IMG/VR virus record: IMGVR_UViG_2645727636_000004
Coordinates: 76,925 to 140,924 of that record
DNA from: a virus
Lineage: Duplodnaviria; Heunggongvirae; Uroviricota; Caudoviricetes
Length of the DNA stretch: 64,000 bases
Strand: one strand, 5' to 3'
The notes under the pieces were generated by a model. That model was not told the DNA's origin and searched no databases. It saw only the letters and a program-made list of their open reading frames with translations. Below are positions 63,707-64,000 of this stretch, piece by piece. Position numbers and translations under genes: made by a program. The stretch's first letter is position 1, and each line of letters begins with the position of its first letter.

Positions 63707-63754
63707 ATAATATTTTGATTTTATAAAACACATAAATCGAAGGGAAATAAAATA

Positions 63755-64000
63755 ATGGTAAATGAAAAGTCATGGAAAGAGTTTAGAGAGTCTGGACTAT
63801 TTTGGTGGATTAACATGCTACTACACACCTTCGGATGGGCTATAGTTATGGAATTTGAAGACGAAGAAATTAAACGAGTTTATCCTGCTAGAGTAAAGTT
63901 TAGAGGCTTTGACGAGGATTCAAATACAGACGGCTACATTAAAGTTAGTGAGTATATGAAGGAAAATGTAGAACAGTTAGCTAAAGAGGCTAAAGAGTAA
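63755..64000 (+). CDS. hypothetical protein, 3'-partial (runs off the window)
   Basis: RBS GAAGGGAaataaaataATG; frame open to the window end. Confidence 0.5.
   Translation: MVNEKSWKEFRESGLFWWINMLLHTFGWAIVMEFEDEEIKRVYPARVKFRGFDEDSNTDGYIKVSEYMKENVEQLAKEAKE

Noticed and set aside
1-64000. CRISPR array, rRNA, IS element or transposase
   Set aside because: There are no regularly spaced direct repeats with unique spacers, no rRNA-like conserved stretches, and no transposase-like ORF or terminal inverted repeats flanking an ORF. The only recombinases are the tyrosine-recombinase genes at 30636 and 33123.

Overview
This 64 kb window looks like one segment of a large, AT-rich, virulent-type dsDNA phage, most likely of a low-GC Gram-positive host; I could not resolve the host or phage family from sequence alone. 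About 135 tightly packed genes lie almost entirely on the + strand, usually with a GGAGG-type RBS and frequent ATGA or 4–8 nt start/stop overlaps, and I saw no rRNA, tRNA or CRISPR array. The three convincing minus-strand genes are an XRE regulator (15303–15560), an HExxH membrane protein (8620–9177) and a 53-aa ORF (39962–40123). Positions 1–30 kb are an early or host-takeover region of roughly 90 small ORFs, including many Cys4 zinc-ribbon mini-proteins, two XRE-family HTH regulators, two metallophosphoesterases, a lipoprotein, a bactofilin-like repeat protein and an ATP-dependent DNA ligase. Positions 30.5–34.3 kb carry a self-contained module: an active tyrosine recombinase, a DndB-like (DGQHR/ParB-fold) protein and a catalytically degenerate recombinase-like protein, with an 11-bp-arm inverted repeat upstream and a terminator plus strong promoter downstream. 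Positions 35–59 kb are nucleic-acid metabolism: RNase H, a DEDDh 3'-5' exonuclease, YopX, a phage sigma-70-family factor, a Pol-beta-type nucleotidyltransferase-like protein, an SPFH/band-7 protein with a small membrane partner, DUF1064, an SSB-like protein, a PD-(D/E)xK nuclease-like protein, a RecA-fold ATPase, a DnaB-like helicase, a Toprim primase, a RecJ-like DHH exonuclease, a 1061-aa PHP-domain DnaE-type polymerase and a PAPS-reductase/DndC-like PP-loop protein. The strongest non-coding signal is the 10-mer AAATACATAA, found about 40 times on the + strand. It sits either directly before an RBS or 5–7 nt upstream of the -35 of sigma-A-like promoters that share an extended -10 (TGnTAATAT), and it occurs once as a perfect palindrome overlapping a promoter. 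Several perfect inverted repeats and intrinsic terminators mark transcription-unit boundaries. All functional calls rest on motif recognition by eye; no database search was possible.
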